Origin: Barthelona sp. PCE
Taxonomy: Eukaryota
Length of the DNA: 64,000 bases
Direction: 5' to 3'
Assembly: GCA_040285745.1 (NCBI GenBank)
Contig: JAUFOR010000001.1
Span: 992,001-1,056,000, forward strand
Shown here: one piece after another, positions 1-13,431 of the stretch
Numbering within the stretch: position 1 is the stretch's first letter
Layout: every line of letters starts with the position of its first letter
Notes under the pieces: generated by a model
What the model saw: the letters and a program-made list of their open reading frames with translations, nothing else
The model's database searches: none
Told to the model about the DNA's origin: nothing
Program-made: the position numbers and the translations under genes

Positions 1-438
1 GACGAAGATTATGTTATTGTAACGATCCCACCACCGCAGGAAGTTGTGTGGTTCATCGTGTAACAGCTTTCTCTTTGATATCTTGTTCATTAAGAAAGCA
101 AACATTAAACCTCCACCGATTAATACAAATACAACATTAACAATCAGATAGAAGAAGAATCGCTGGAATGTGTGTCGGATACACCAGTACAGTGAACCGA
201 AAAAAATGCCCAGAATGAGTAGAACCAAAAACAGCACATTTTGTCTAGCGCTTGATCCTCTAAGCTGTTTCCTGATTTTCTCATGGCCGAAATCATAGAA
301 TTTGTACTTAAAGAGCGATTTAATCATCGATAACATCTCTTCAAAAGGCCATGTGTATAAAAATCCGAATCCTTCAAAGAAATAATATGAATGAGAGTAC
401 TTGAAGGACTCAGATGTCGTTTGTGAAACATCTGACAT
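1..438 (-). CDS. Hypothetical membrane protein, 5' part (runs off the window start)
   Basis: ATG at 438 opens a stop-free frame to position 1 (MSDVSQTTSESFKYSHSYYFFEGFGFLYTWPF...) with two hydrophobic stretches (NVLFLVLLILGIFFGSLYW; FFFYLIVNVVFVLIGGGLMFAFL). It is missing from the ORF track because it has no stop in the window. Confidence 0.7.
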   Translation of the reverse strand, partial: MSDVSQTTSESFKYSHSYYFFEGFGFLYTWPFEEMLSMIKSLFKYKFYDFGHEKIRKQLRGSSARQNVLFLVLLILGIFFGSLYWCIRHTFQRFFFYLIVNVVFVLIGGGLMFAFLMNKISKRKLLHDEPHNFLRWWDRYNNIIFV

Positions 439-484
439 TGTGAAAAGGTAGGAAATGCAATTTACATCATGATTAATAAATCGT

Positions 485-3400
485 TTAATCTGTCTCCATC
501 AACATAGCGCAACCCCTTAGAATGAGTGTGTCTGGGGTCAGTTCACCCGTAGGAAGATAAACTGTAACAATATATGAAGTGGAATGACCTGTTGTGGATA
601 GCGTACCTTGTCGACCAGCAGTACGATAGACTGGGCTTGCGTAGAAGTTCTCCTTATCGTGGAGTGCTTTAATCTCCTCCTTACGCTTGGGTTTGAAAAG
701 AATGGGTCTCATAGGGTCATACAATTGTCTGGGCAATGATTCCTCAACAACAGTGCCGAAACGGGCACCATGTAAGAACAGGCCGCTCATCCACGAGGCG
801 CCCTGAACCGATTCTGGTTTATCTTCACCATCATAAACGGTGAACTCAAAAGCCAACTCGTCGATGGGAATTTGAGCTGAACGAGCATAGTTTTGTAGCA
901 GACCTGTGAGGAAACTGTGCGGGAAGAACAATCCAGGGAACCAAATCTGAGTGAAATCCCTCGTCTCATACAACTTGCGGACAAAGCGTACACGTTCTAT
1001 CAAATCTGGGAACCACACAAACAACCCCTTCTGCGAGGGATAAGCGCTGTTAGCCCATAGTTTAGGAACACGGCTGAGTGTGAATGCGCTAATGATTTCT
1101 TCGAGCTCAGGCGTCAACACAATATCACCAGACAGGGCGAGCAACAGTGACTGAAGCGAGTCCTTAATGGTGAGCATGAGGCGGTTGTATGCAAAGATCT
1201 CCTCAAGCAAGACGGTGTTGAAAGAGTTCTCGTACGATACAGGAAGATCAGCAGCAACGCGGTCAGTATCGAACGTGAGTGGGAGACGCGCCAGGAAACC
1301 ACGGGCGATTTTGCTGATATCACTGCCGCTATTCGACGTGTCACTCGCCTTTGTGATCGAAACTGTCGATAGCAATGAGTTGGACAATGACTTGGCTTGC
1401 AGAATGGCAGAGTCGATAGCGGCGTTGTTGTGGAAACCAAACAGATGAGGTTTGTCTGTGTTCTCAACTGCGTCCAGGTTACCCTTGAGCCCCTCAATTG
1501 TGAGGAAGCGCAGATCCCCAAAGAGATAGGGGTTGGTACGGGTGTCCAGATCCGCCATGTTCATCATACTGGGATTGATTAGGTTGTTCAGCACTGAATC
1601 CATACAGCGGCGATCCCAATCGTCGGTTACACGGCCACCATAATTGATGGCTGAGATCATATACTGGAGTGCCTTGAAGTCGATGTTTAGCAGGTCGCTC
1701 GAGATGGGAACGAAATTCTGGATCGTAGCAAGAGAGATTGCGTAGTCAGACATGGTGAACTGGTAGGGGACATTGAAACCGAGTGGGCCGAAGTTACGAC
1801 GACGGGACACGATACAGTGGAATAGCGAGAGATAGAACATAAGCACGCGACGGTTAGCTGCGTTCTGATTCTTGATGAGAGTTACAGACTCAGGCTCATC
1901 GCGTTCCTCTGCGTCTCCCAAACCGAAATCAAAGTCATATTCGTCCTCCTCCAAGACGTTCATCAGCTCCATCATGTTGGCCTTGACTGTAGCCGGCATT
2001 TCACTGACGATCTTGACAGAGGACTGTAGAATGAGTGACGGGAATGAAGGAATGGGCTTGGATGTCAACCACACGCGGAAGTGGCGATGGGTGGTCTCAA
2101 CGCGCAGAGAGTCTAGCTTCTCACTCAGCACTGGAAGGAATGATGGCAGGAGATGACAGTTCTGGAGTAGAACCCAGTGACCGCGATCAACAGCCTCATC
2201 AATAAGAGCCAGAGTACGTTTCTCCTGACCTTGACCCAGCGAAATAATGTGCAACTTTCCGCACTTACCCTCAGCCTCGATTCCAGAGTGGAACTCAAGC
2301 ACCATTGATGCGGGGTTGATACCGGGCGACAGTAGGAAAAGAAGTGGAGTAACACAATCCGAGAATTCGAACGCTGTGTCCAGTGAAAAGATAGGGAAGT
2401 CCATAAACCTTGAACCCAAAACCTTTGAGACGAAAGACGTGATTGCCTGTACGAACTTATCGGGTCTCAGGTACTTGATCAGCTGCACGATACGCATACT
2501 GTTCAGATTGACATAACGCGTGGGAATGTGAGCCTCTGGATCGTCGTTTGTGAGGAACTCGGTCCATTCGTCAAAGTTCTCAATTACGTGATCACAAATA
2601 TCATCTAGTTCCTCAAACTTGCTAGATAACGCGTCCACAGCCGAGTAGACCGCTTCGGTGAGCAAATTATGCTCTGGTGCCTCGGCAGGAAGTGCCGTCT
2701 GCATAATTGACGGGATGCTGAGGAACTGAACGAGCTCTGCTGAGGAGATAAGATCGTGATAGCTGAGCATTCGCATACAGAGCAGAATGGAAAGACCAAC
2801 ACGGTCCGATGAGTAGAGGGAGGATGACACACGGACGAAGAAGCTCTCAAACAAATTAGAGAAGAAGTTTGAACAGCGCTTCTCTGTTGAAGTGAGTCTT
2901 GGTACAAACTTCTCTATAATGGACTCAAAACTGTGCTTGAGTCCTCCCTTCTTGATGGTGAACATTGGTCGGCCATCATCGAAGTCAGGGTCCCGTTCAT
3001 TCGTTAACTCGTGAACGAAAAGAGCCAGGTACCAGCTCAGACTGAACTGGTACATGTTCTGAATCTGTGTAAGTGAAGAAGCAACAAAGAACAGCTCAGC
3101 GCTCTGCTTTGCCACCTCAACGAAGTCTTGACGTTTGTTCTCAATCTCCTTTGATGTCTTCTCAACGACAACAAACTCTCTCTGGATATCGTTCGATGTC
3201 TTCTTTGACTTATCGAGTGTCTGGATCAAGGAGTCGTCCTTGAGCAACTGGGAAGCTGCGGACTCGCCCTCAGGAACATTGTCCTGTGAAGACAGAATTA
3301 GAGAAAGGATCTCGTCCTCAACAGCCTGCTTCTTATCGTCAAGCTCAGCCATACGCACAATGAGCGAATCACGCTTCTCTTCCAGTTGGGGCTCCCAGTT

Positions 3401-6400
3401 TTGCACGATCTGAACCAGCAGCTGGTCAGTAAGACCAGTCGCAGTAAGAGCAAAGTTGACAACCGAAACCTTACAAGCAAAGTCGGGGTCAAGACGTGCC
3501 TTTGACATACGCGAGACCATGAACAGTTTGAATGAGTCGTCGTATGAGACGATGTTCTGAATCTTAATCGACTTAACACCACCCTCAACAACTACTCTCT
3601 TCAACAGGATGTTATCAAACACCGGCGGAAGTTTAGCGACGTCGCATCCCTCTAGAATGACTGGCTGTCCGAGAGAGACGGCTTGCTCAAAGGTCCTAAC
3701 CCAATCCTTCTGGTTGTACTTGATTATGACAGCATCGCCGAACTGGTTCTTGAGCCACTTGATGGCTTGGTTTTGCGGATCAAGGAAGAACGGCCAGTTG
3801 GTGTGTCGCAGTGAAATACAAGCGTTGTCAATAGAGAACGAGTCAGCCGGTAATTCTGCCATCAGGAACTGACGAGTTTCCATTTCATTGGAAACGATTG
3901 AGTCCAGCTTCCAGTGTCCCTCAAATGCAATCTTGTGCTTATTCATTGTCTTCTTCCACTCCTTAAAGATGGTTTGGCGCCAATCTAATGGAAGCGGTGA
4001 GAGATACGTCATGAACGAGCCTGCGAGCAAACAATCTCCGAGAATCGTTGAAAGTCGCATCTGGTTCGTCTCCGCTTGCATCTTCCACGCCTTACGCTCG
4101 TCCTTGAGCTGGTTTTGCAACTTAACTGCACGGTTTAGCTCGAGTTCGCACTGATGAATATCATCTTCTGTTTGTCTCTTACGTGTGAGAGCGTCTTCGT
4201 AGTTTTGCTGCAATTGGGCAACGGTATCTTCAATCTTTCGCAGTTCAGCGGTCTTGAGCTCAAGGTCTGCAAGTAATATCTTCAGCTTCGCCTTGGCTTC
4301 GGATAATCGCTCCTGCTTGGGTTCTACAACCTTCCAAACATCGTGGAACTGTACAATGGCAATGAGCCAATTACGCAGCGCCAAAGCGGGTATTGATGCT
4401 TTCTTAATAGAATCGTAAGAAAATGCTGGCTTGTCAATGTACTTTCGCACCTGCTCAACACGGTTGTTGGGAATGTTTGTACGGTCAAACTCAAGCACTT
4501 GTCTGAAGAAGTCCATTGCGGACGCCATCATTGCGCGCGCTGCACCCCACCAGTCACGGTCCTTACTATTTGGAATACGGTCTGCCTGTCGACCGAAGAT
4601 CTTACAAACTGCCTCCATAACAAGACGAACACCAGCAGGTGGGTGGGCCAACGAACGGAGCTCGACAATATCACCGGGCTTTAGTCTTTGAAGTTCAGCA
4701 AGCGCTGCATCAACAAGCGGTTGTGCCTCTGAGAGATCACGCTCACATTCTGCCTTAAGCTGGTCCGCGGCATCGACATCACCCTGCACTTTTTGCTGCT
4801 CAACAGAAACTTCCTGACGAGTAGCCTCTGCCTCTGACTGCTTAACTGTAAGCTCCTCGATAAGAATAGCAATCTCTTTAGCCATTTCAGCGAGTTTTGG
4901 CTTCAGGTTCTCGAGTTTCACCTTCATTGACGCGATTTCGGTCGCTGTCGACTCCAATACCTCGTAACCACCCTGGAATCTCTTAATCTTTCCGTTTGTC
5001 TCTTCGAACTTAGCATCAAGCACCTTGACGAAGTTGTTGATTGCTGTAAGGAATGTTGATGGGGTTACATACATGTCAAAGCCGGACTGTGCATTGAACC
5101 GCACTATATCCTTCTTCATATGCAAATGTACATCGACAAGAGCATTTGCAACGACTTCAACATCACCAAGCAACTTAAGGATATCAGGATTGTCCAAACA
5201 CTTGTCCTTCAGAAGGAACTGCGATACAGACACCAGTGCGTCCTTGGGCCAGTTGTTGAACCAATCAATCGTACAACAGTTAACCAGCGATGGATACTGT
5301 CTGAGCCAGTCTTTGAAATTGCTGTTCAAGGGTGAGAAGCAAAGTACAACGTGGAGGCGGCGCTTGCAGTGGTCGACAAATGACTGCCACTTCTCGAGAC
5401 GCGTGTTACCACGTACCTTGGGGAAAGTCTCGAATATCTCCTCTTGCTCTCCACTGTCAAACAAATTGGCAACCTCACCACTGTTGAGAATATTATTAGC
5501 ATCCTCCAGGAAGCGAGGATCAACAATCTGTGCATCACTGAGCAAGAAGACAACCTTCTTCTTGATACATGCCCTGAAAAGATCCTTGAGGAAATCACGC
5601 CACTCCATGAATCCGAAACCATCAAAGATCTCGGGGGAGTACAACGTCATGTTCATCAGGTACGCTGCAAGACGAGTGACTGTACGGCGGGAGGATCCGC
5701 CAACACCAATGAGCAACATGTGACCACGTGGCTGCTTGAGCACTCTTGATACACGAATGAGGTGATCGACGAAATACTCAAAGATAACGAGGTTGAGCGT
5801 ATGCTCGGAGTGATCCTCGTTGTGCAGCTCGACAGTTTCCTCCAATAGCGCATACATTTCTTCAATGTTAGCGCTGGGTAGTTGAGAGTAATAACGGTCT
5901 TCCTCGATACCCTTGTTAAAGTCGGTGTATATGGGACGATCCTCGGGCACTTCAAAGCCAGGGAAGTTCTTCTTCGTCAGGGCATCTATTGTGGTTGCAA
6001 CCTGATCAACATCTTCTTTCGACACGAGACGATCGGAAAAGACTCGGAACGATTCATTGCGCCATAGTGCAATGAGGTCCTCCTCTTCCTGGATGATATT
6101 AGCACGAGCCAGTGCAAGGCCCTGGAAGATCTTTGCGAGATCACGGAGGTTAAAGAGATAGTGTCCTTTTCCGGGTTTTGGCAACATGTTACCTTTGACC
6201 CATGTGAACAGCTCGATCGATGCCTGTGTGAGCTTGTTGACACCATCAATAACGTACTTGTCAACGGACATGCTCAGATAGAAATCTGACAATATGGTCG
6301 AGAAGATCTTGTGCATGTTTGTGTGCGACAACTCTGTCAAAACAATGGTGTTAAATTGGCTCTTCAAACGCTCGGAGATCTGGGATCGACCACCTCCAGG

Positions 6401-9400
6401 GAATCCCATCGCACTTACAATAACAGTGTCGACCAGATTGCGGAAACTGTAAGCATCTGCGTAATATCCGCGGTAATCAAACACCTGTCTCAGAAGTTCG
6501 AGGGGTGGCTGTGCGCCGTACTCTTCCTTCACTGGAAGGTTCAGATCATCAACAAAGACGAGGCCAATCATGCTGGAAGGCGGGCCGAAGACACCGGCAC
6601 GACGACGAACATCAATCTTTCCGTCCAAGATCTGTTTGAGCTGGTCCGCAGTCGTCTGACCTGAGAGTGAGACGAAAACGGGATGGTACTTCATCAGATC
6701 AGACGGAGAGTTATCTGCATCCTCGAAAAGTTTGTTATGTGTAAATATATGATCATTGATTATGGCACTCTTACCAACACCAGTGGGACCAACGAACAAA
6801 ACTGGGTGGTTTGCGTTGATCAACTTCGTCAGCAGGTAATTGTAACACAGAGTGTCTGTAGTGGGAATGAGAACACCGGCTACATCGATTGTGAGTGCAT
6901 CATCATCCTCCTCTTCATCAAAATCATCCTCAAAGTCCTCGTTCTTGCTCTTCTTCTTCTTGCGCTCAAGTGTGAGCCACGATTCCCATGCAGTGCCGCT
7001 CCAGTAGAAGTCAAAGACTGACCCCATGCTGGGAATTGGCATCTTGAAAATGTGTTTAGGGTTGCCCTTCTTGGGAGAGATGCAGTTCTGCAGGAACTCT
7101 GAGAACTTCTCGCGATCCTCAAGGGAGGATGTAGAGCCGAATGACCACACAACAGCAAATAAGAAGCAGTTCTCGATTGAACCGAGGTTGATCTCAACCT
7201 CTTCCTCTTCCTCTTCCTCGTATTCAGCATCTGTCTCTCGGTTGCGCTGCTTGATCATCTGCTGCTCCTCGTACTGGATACGTGTGATGCCAAAGACATT
7301 CTCGAATACAAGCGACTCGAAAACTCGAAGCAAAGAAAGAACTAGCGCGAGGTCGGGTAACTTTAACAATGGGGTGATCTCTGATCGCACAAACTCGTAT
7401 GCAGCACCAATCAGCCAATCCATAACACTGCGTATTCCACCGATCTTCTCGTTGAGACCATCCGGTAGGGTGTTGAACCATTTATCAACAATGTACGTCC
7501 AGCTGTCGTCAAATGACTCGGTGTAGATCATACCACAACGGGAAACCGTAGCAGGGGACGCCTCTGCAAGGGAATCAACCTCAAAGAGAACATTCATGTG
7601 ATCTGTCAAACCGATGGTCGCACCTGAGGCCAGACAAAGCTTCTTGTTGTCATCCAACACAGTGTTCATGTTTTCAATCCATAGTGCGTCGACGGGGCCA
7701 TCAAAGACGACCCAGCGGCGATCAGTGGAAGTATTTCCGGCGGTTGCCATTGTTTCAATAACGGCACCAATGATTCCGTGAAGGAACTCGTGTGAGACGG
7801 GGTCGAACGTACCGTAGAGGCCTGCAAGCGTTGTTGCCTTAGGATTAATCGGTACAATATGCACTGGACGGCACTCAGAACGCGAAGGGTTATTTTCAGC
7901 GACAATGGTGATGGCGTTGGCAAGCACCTTCATAACTGATGATTTACCGGAGAGGGCAAGGCCAACGACCATTGCTCCGTGACGGATAAGAATAGTCTCA
8001 TACATTTGCAATATCTTCGTAACGAATACTTCGTTGGGCACAAGTCCCAGATCACGGGACGCCTGCTCGATTGCAGGAATGAACCACGAGTAGTCGCTCT
8101 CATATGAGTCGATGGACGGGAACAAATCAGAAACAATGTTCTCAAAGAGAAGACAATCGTTCTTCAAGAACTTTGGCATGTTAACGTCCAGGAGCGAGCG
8201 GTAGATAAGCTTATCCTCGCTTTCGTCAGGGAAAAGACGCTTGAGGTTGGCAGCAGCAACAAGAACGGCCTTAACAGCACGCATACCAAAATCGTAGTGA
8301 GACTGATTTGACAGCTGCTGGGATGAAAGCTGGAATGTGTCAACCAGCTTTCTGGCAAGCGTACGTGCGTCGGAGAAACCACATGAAAAGAGCATAATCT
8401 CAGCAATAAGAGCATAATCAGGAACCATCATAACTACACCTCGGAACAATGCTTTGAGGTTGTCAGGTAGTTCTGTACGACCAGCATAACCAGGGTTCAT
8501 GGTAATGAAGATGGCTGCGTTACGGTTGAGCTTGATTCGGGAACCTTCGAATTCGAGGTCTTTGAGCTTCGCCTTGATGGCCATCTGGATTGTAAGGATC
8601 TGTTGTGCAATTACAGACAGCACTTCGATGGGGATACGATTAAACTCATCAAATACTGCCCACGCACCGCAACTGGCAAGTCCCTTGAAGAACTTACCCA
8701 TTGCCTTGTGATCGAGACCTTCCGAACAGTTAAGAACAATAACCTGACGACCTGCCTCTTTCGAAAGCTGCTTTGCAGTTTCCGTTTTACCCGTACCGGC
8801 GGGTCCAGCTGGGGAACCACCTAGGAACGAGTGAATAGCGTTGGTGAGCGTGATATAACAGCGATCCGTCAGCGGGGTAATGACGAGACGACCTGTGTTA
8901 CCCAGATACTCATAACCGTACAAGAGACGGGCCTCAACTTGTCTGATAGTAAGGACTTCCTCACCCTCAACCTCGTCAAAGTAGTATCGCAACTGCTTCT
9001 TCCATGTGAAGTCTTCCAGTGATACAACCTTATCGTTTACCATATCCTGTGTTACATCTTTGCTGTGCACATCAAGCGTGATCAGTGATGATAGAAGGGT
9101 ACGCAGAGCCTTGGATGGTTTTGTGCGGAACATACCAACTAGGTCATTGATCTGCTGCTCCTGTTTCTCAACCAGCTTACGCAATTGGTGTGTACCGCCT
9201 GTTTTGATGGCGTCGGTGATGTCTTGTGTCCAAATTAGTTGTGAAACAACCAAAACAACCATTGCCGGCCAGTCCTTAACAAACTGTGTACGCTCCGTCG
9301 TAAAGTATGCCTTGTACGCACGGATAATGGTCTCCTTGATGGAACCAACCATCTGCTTCTCGAGATCCAGCAGCCACTCTTCAACCAAATTTGAAGTTCT

Positions 9401-12400
9401 GATATTATCCATCAGCTGAACCACTTCGCCTTCCTTGGATACAATAGCGTTGAATGAGATAGATTCGCCATACCAATCCTCTGGGTTACGGTCTGGCTGG
9501 GCAGTCATCTCGGGCGACTTCAGAGAAAAGATGTTCTCGAAAATCTTCTTCAAGTGTGGGAAAACCATCACTGGGTTGGTTGCCTGTGAAAGAATACTCA
9601 AAAGACCATCTGCATCCACGAAATAGAATCGCGGGAACTTCGAACGCTTGGTTTCGAGGTACTTGTGTAAGTTCTTAAGGATTTCCTCGATCGTCTCGTT
9701 GAGCACCTCAAAGTTTGCGTTTAGAGCCGGTTCGATGGAAAAGATCAAGGGGTTCTTGGAAAGTTTCTGCACAATTTTTTCAAAGCTTCCCGCGACCGCG
9801 TGGAACCTTTTGTGCTCCATTGGAAGCTGACGTTTGATGTCAGGAGTGCTGAAGATGGGCTGAAGATACAAATAATTGGCTTGGAACTTTGACCAATTCT
9901 CAACAGTCACCTGGACCAAGCTGAGGAAGTCAATGAATGTCAAAAGCTGGTTGATAATATGCTTAGAGAATGGATTGTTACGGAGAGTGCCCAGAATCAA
10001 CAAGTCTTCATCAAGAAGTTCATTAAGCTCCGTAACCTGCTTGAGAATTCCGTCAGCAATCACAAACTCCTGCAGCTTCCATTTCTTTTGTAGAATGGAG
10101 AACTGACGTTCGATCTTGAACTCCTTGGTGGCCAGAGACGAAATCTCACGGATATCGCCAATACAATTCTGCAATTGAAGGTTGAGAAGGTCAGTGAGCT
10201 TAAGGTTCTGGTCGACAACAATGTCGACGCCTACCATGGATTCCAACTTCGACCAGTGACGCTTTCTGAAACCCTGCACACGAAGCAGACAGATGAACTC
10301 GACAGTGGACTTGAAGTCATCCAACTGTGACTTGATGGAGCCAATCAGATTAACCAGTACAGCGTTGTCCTTGTAGTAACGCAGTGCAGAGTTGATACTG
10401 TTCTGCCACTCCTCAAACATCATGGGTATCTTCTGGGCGTCCAGACTGAGGAAGTTACCAAACATCCACGTTGGGTACAATGTCTGGAACTGGTGAGAGA
10501 TGTTCCAAATACTGCTAAAGTTCCCAAAATCAGAAGAGATAGCGTTAAAGTTACGGAACTTGCTCACAGGCAACCCAAATATCTTCTCACGAACGTTGAC
10601 AATGCTGAGCTCCTCCTTGAGCCCGTTGAACTTACGAGATAGTTCCTTGATATCAGCAACCATAGCCTCAGCGTTAGTGAGATCAGTCTGCTTCTTGAGC
10701 TTGTTGAGCTCATCCTTGAAGTCTTCAATCTTGATAACGAACTTCTCACGCTGCTCAAGCAGATTTTCTTGCTGGCGGACACGGATCTCGCTCAACTTGT
10801 ACTCACACTCATGGATCCACCTCTGTATATCCTCTGGGTGCTTCAAAACACGGTAATATGCGCTCACCAGCTGAACATCTGGCACAATAAAGTGGTCAGT
10901 GTAACTTTCAAGCACAGCGGATACGTGCGACAGTGTCTTTCGAATGTAATTGTGGCTCTTGACGAACGTTGTCTTAATGTATTTCTGGAGAACATCAAGT
11001 TCCTCAGGAATATTGGGGTAGTTGGATAATGTTTTCTCAATGTCAATGCACTTCTCATCTGCACTGTCCAAGTCTTGCAAGAGTCGAATACACTGTCTGC
11101 GCTTCACTTCCTCCAACAGACGGGTGATAGTTGCCGTCAACGCTGACTTAAGAGCTTCAACATGAACCGTCAAATAACCGTACCTGCACTGGTTATCCAT
11201 CAACAGTGGAATCTCACTCCTGATCTTTGCAAACTGCTCAATTGCTGTGAGCAGCCCGCTTGAATCGTTTGCCTTTGGTAAGTCGTCAAACGTCATGCGC
11301 TCGTACTTCTCAAAGCGCTTAAACACGTTGAATATGCTCTTTGCAGAGTCATATGCCTCACGCAGCGACTCTTTAATGCGGTCGCATGCGTCTGTGTACA
11401 TGGGCTGCTCAGCGAAATCGAAGTGGTATACGTCTTGTTCAAGAAGTCTGTAGAAAATAAGGTTCTCGAGGCGGTCCATGTTCTCCATGGCCTCAAACAT
11501 GAGTTCCAACGGCTTCATAAGCTTTGATTCAAGCTCGTCAACTGAAGGTGTCAGCTCATATCCGCCTGCACTAACTATTGTGCCGTCGTCATCATACACT
11601 GGGTTGATTTCCTTGTTATAACTGATGTGGACATCGATTAATCCTTCCTTCTGGAACTTAGACTCTATAATCTCAACGTTATCAAAGAACAACTTTCGGA
11701 ACAGGCTGTCTACGAAAAGGTTACAAAGGATGAGACTGTGACGTATTGCTGAAGGTATGGTATCCATGTATACAATCGAGTGGGTGTTAATAGCAAACTC
11801 CAACTTAACTGCCACGATTTCTCCGAAATTACTAATGAATCCGAGAAGCAAATTACGGTAGTCCTCGAAAGAAAACTCAAACCCTGTCCAATAGATAGAG
11901 CTGAGCCCCAGCAGAGCCCATCTGTTGTTCAACTCGTATAGTTCTGATGCGTAGTCGTGTAACCCAATGTCGAGCGTCTTACCAATGCGCTTAACCATCC
12001 CCTTCTGCTCAGGAGATAAAACAAGACAAGTATCACCGTGTGGGATACGGAGAGCATTCGAGTTAACCCATTCAGGGAAATTCGGTCTCAGTTTTAAAAA
12101 GGTCTGGGTAAAGTTGAAATCCCTAATAACCTCTTCCTGTAAATGTACATTCTCGTCAAGCTTCAAATTCTTTAAATCAAAAAAGTAAGGGAAGCTCTCC
12201 ATCGAATCATCTACATAGAACTTCAGACGCGCTGCCTCCTCGATAGAACGGCGGAGCGTACGCGCCTCTTCCCAACGGGACTTGTAGTCGTCACCCTCGA
12301 ATCGAAGATTGGAACCACTAACCAGTTTTGATATTCCCTTGACCTCAATACGCCATTTGATGCCCTCTTTGCCCTTGACAACGCATGGTGTCCACTCATA

Positions 12401-12992
12401 AACACCATTTGCTGTCAAATATCTGGTTTCTGCACGAGATGACCAGTATGTGCTCGGGTCGAAAAAATCAAGGTCTAGGAATCCCTCCTTCGACTTGATA
12501 GCCTCCATTTTGATGCGTTCCTCTTGCGCGCGCTGATCTCTAGTGGCAACATCTTCTTCATCTGAAAGAGGTACTTCTAGAGGTTTGTAGCTCTTCAGAG
12601 TCTGAAATCTCGACAATGGGCGGAAATTCGCACCAGGTTCAAGCGTGGATACTTCTGGCATCCTAGACGGCTTTGTTTTGACATAGGACCGGCTTGGTGC
12701 TCTTGATTCTCTGCTGAGCGATGACCGCTTTGCGTCCTTAACCTGCTCCTCTAGCTTAGAAACCTCTTCCTCTGGAATTGCGCTGTGAATCATTCGCTTT
12801 AACTCAGTTGTCTGTGTTTGCAAACGACTTAATGCCCGAATTGATGACGCGGTGATCGGTCTCCTGTCGGCTGGCACACCATCCTAAACATTAGATGCTC
12901 ATGAACATGACAAATCGAAAAGAAAAACATACAAGCTTGTTTTCCGCAATTGGACTGACAAGATTTGCTAAAAAATCTATGTCCTTCTGCAT
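485..12992 (-). CDS. Axonemal dynein heavy chain, inner-arm single-headed type (DNAH1-like), ~4152 aa; exons 12992-12933 and 12883-485
   Basis: P-loops GPAGTGKT, GLALSGKS, GPTGVGKS and GVGGSSRR; RLVITPLTDRCY, WIENMNTVLDDNKKLCL and the C-terminal GTLSTTGHSTSY typical of inner-arm dyneins. The ORF-track start is a GTG; an upstream 20-codon exon (MQKDIDFLANLVSPIAENKL) joins in phase 0 through a 49-nt intron. Confidence 0.95.
12884..12932 (-). other. Spliceosomal intron (49 nt) in the dynein gene
   Basis: Minus strand GTATGTTTTTC...GAGCATCTAATGTTTAG; removing it gives an in-frame join ENKL|DGVPADRR. Confidence 0.85.
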
Positions 12993-13431
12993 GAAACTAC
13001 TTAATAATCTGCAATGGTTTTGAAAATCGTTAAAAAACGAGTAACAATTCGCTTACCATAAATACCTCCGTAACACTTATATACCGGCCAAATAACAAGT
13101 AAATCCACAAATTGGTATGCAAATATTTGATACAGTCGTGCAAAGGATAGAAAAAAGACCAGGTTGCTACATATTCATTAAAATGAGACTTATACAACTT
13201 GCACTGGATATTTACTGCTATTTTAGCCTCTGAGTCAATTATAAAAGGAAGATACTGAAACTGTAGTCACAAAAAGGTCAACTGTTAAAAGCAATTTGTC
13301 GATCTATTTATCTTGTTTTTAAATCTGTCCCGTGCTGAAACAGTCCATTTACACCACATATCCCCCTGTAAATCAGACATATGTCCTGTTTCACCATTTT
13401 TATCTCTTAACTCGTTGATTCCATGTTGTGA

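Noticed and set aside
12987-13059. Extra upstream ATG|GTAAGC mini-exon for dynein
   Set aside because: The only in-frame acceptor (CAG at 12987) lacks the fused CTAAY branch motif seen in the supported introns.
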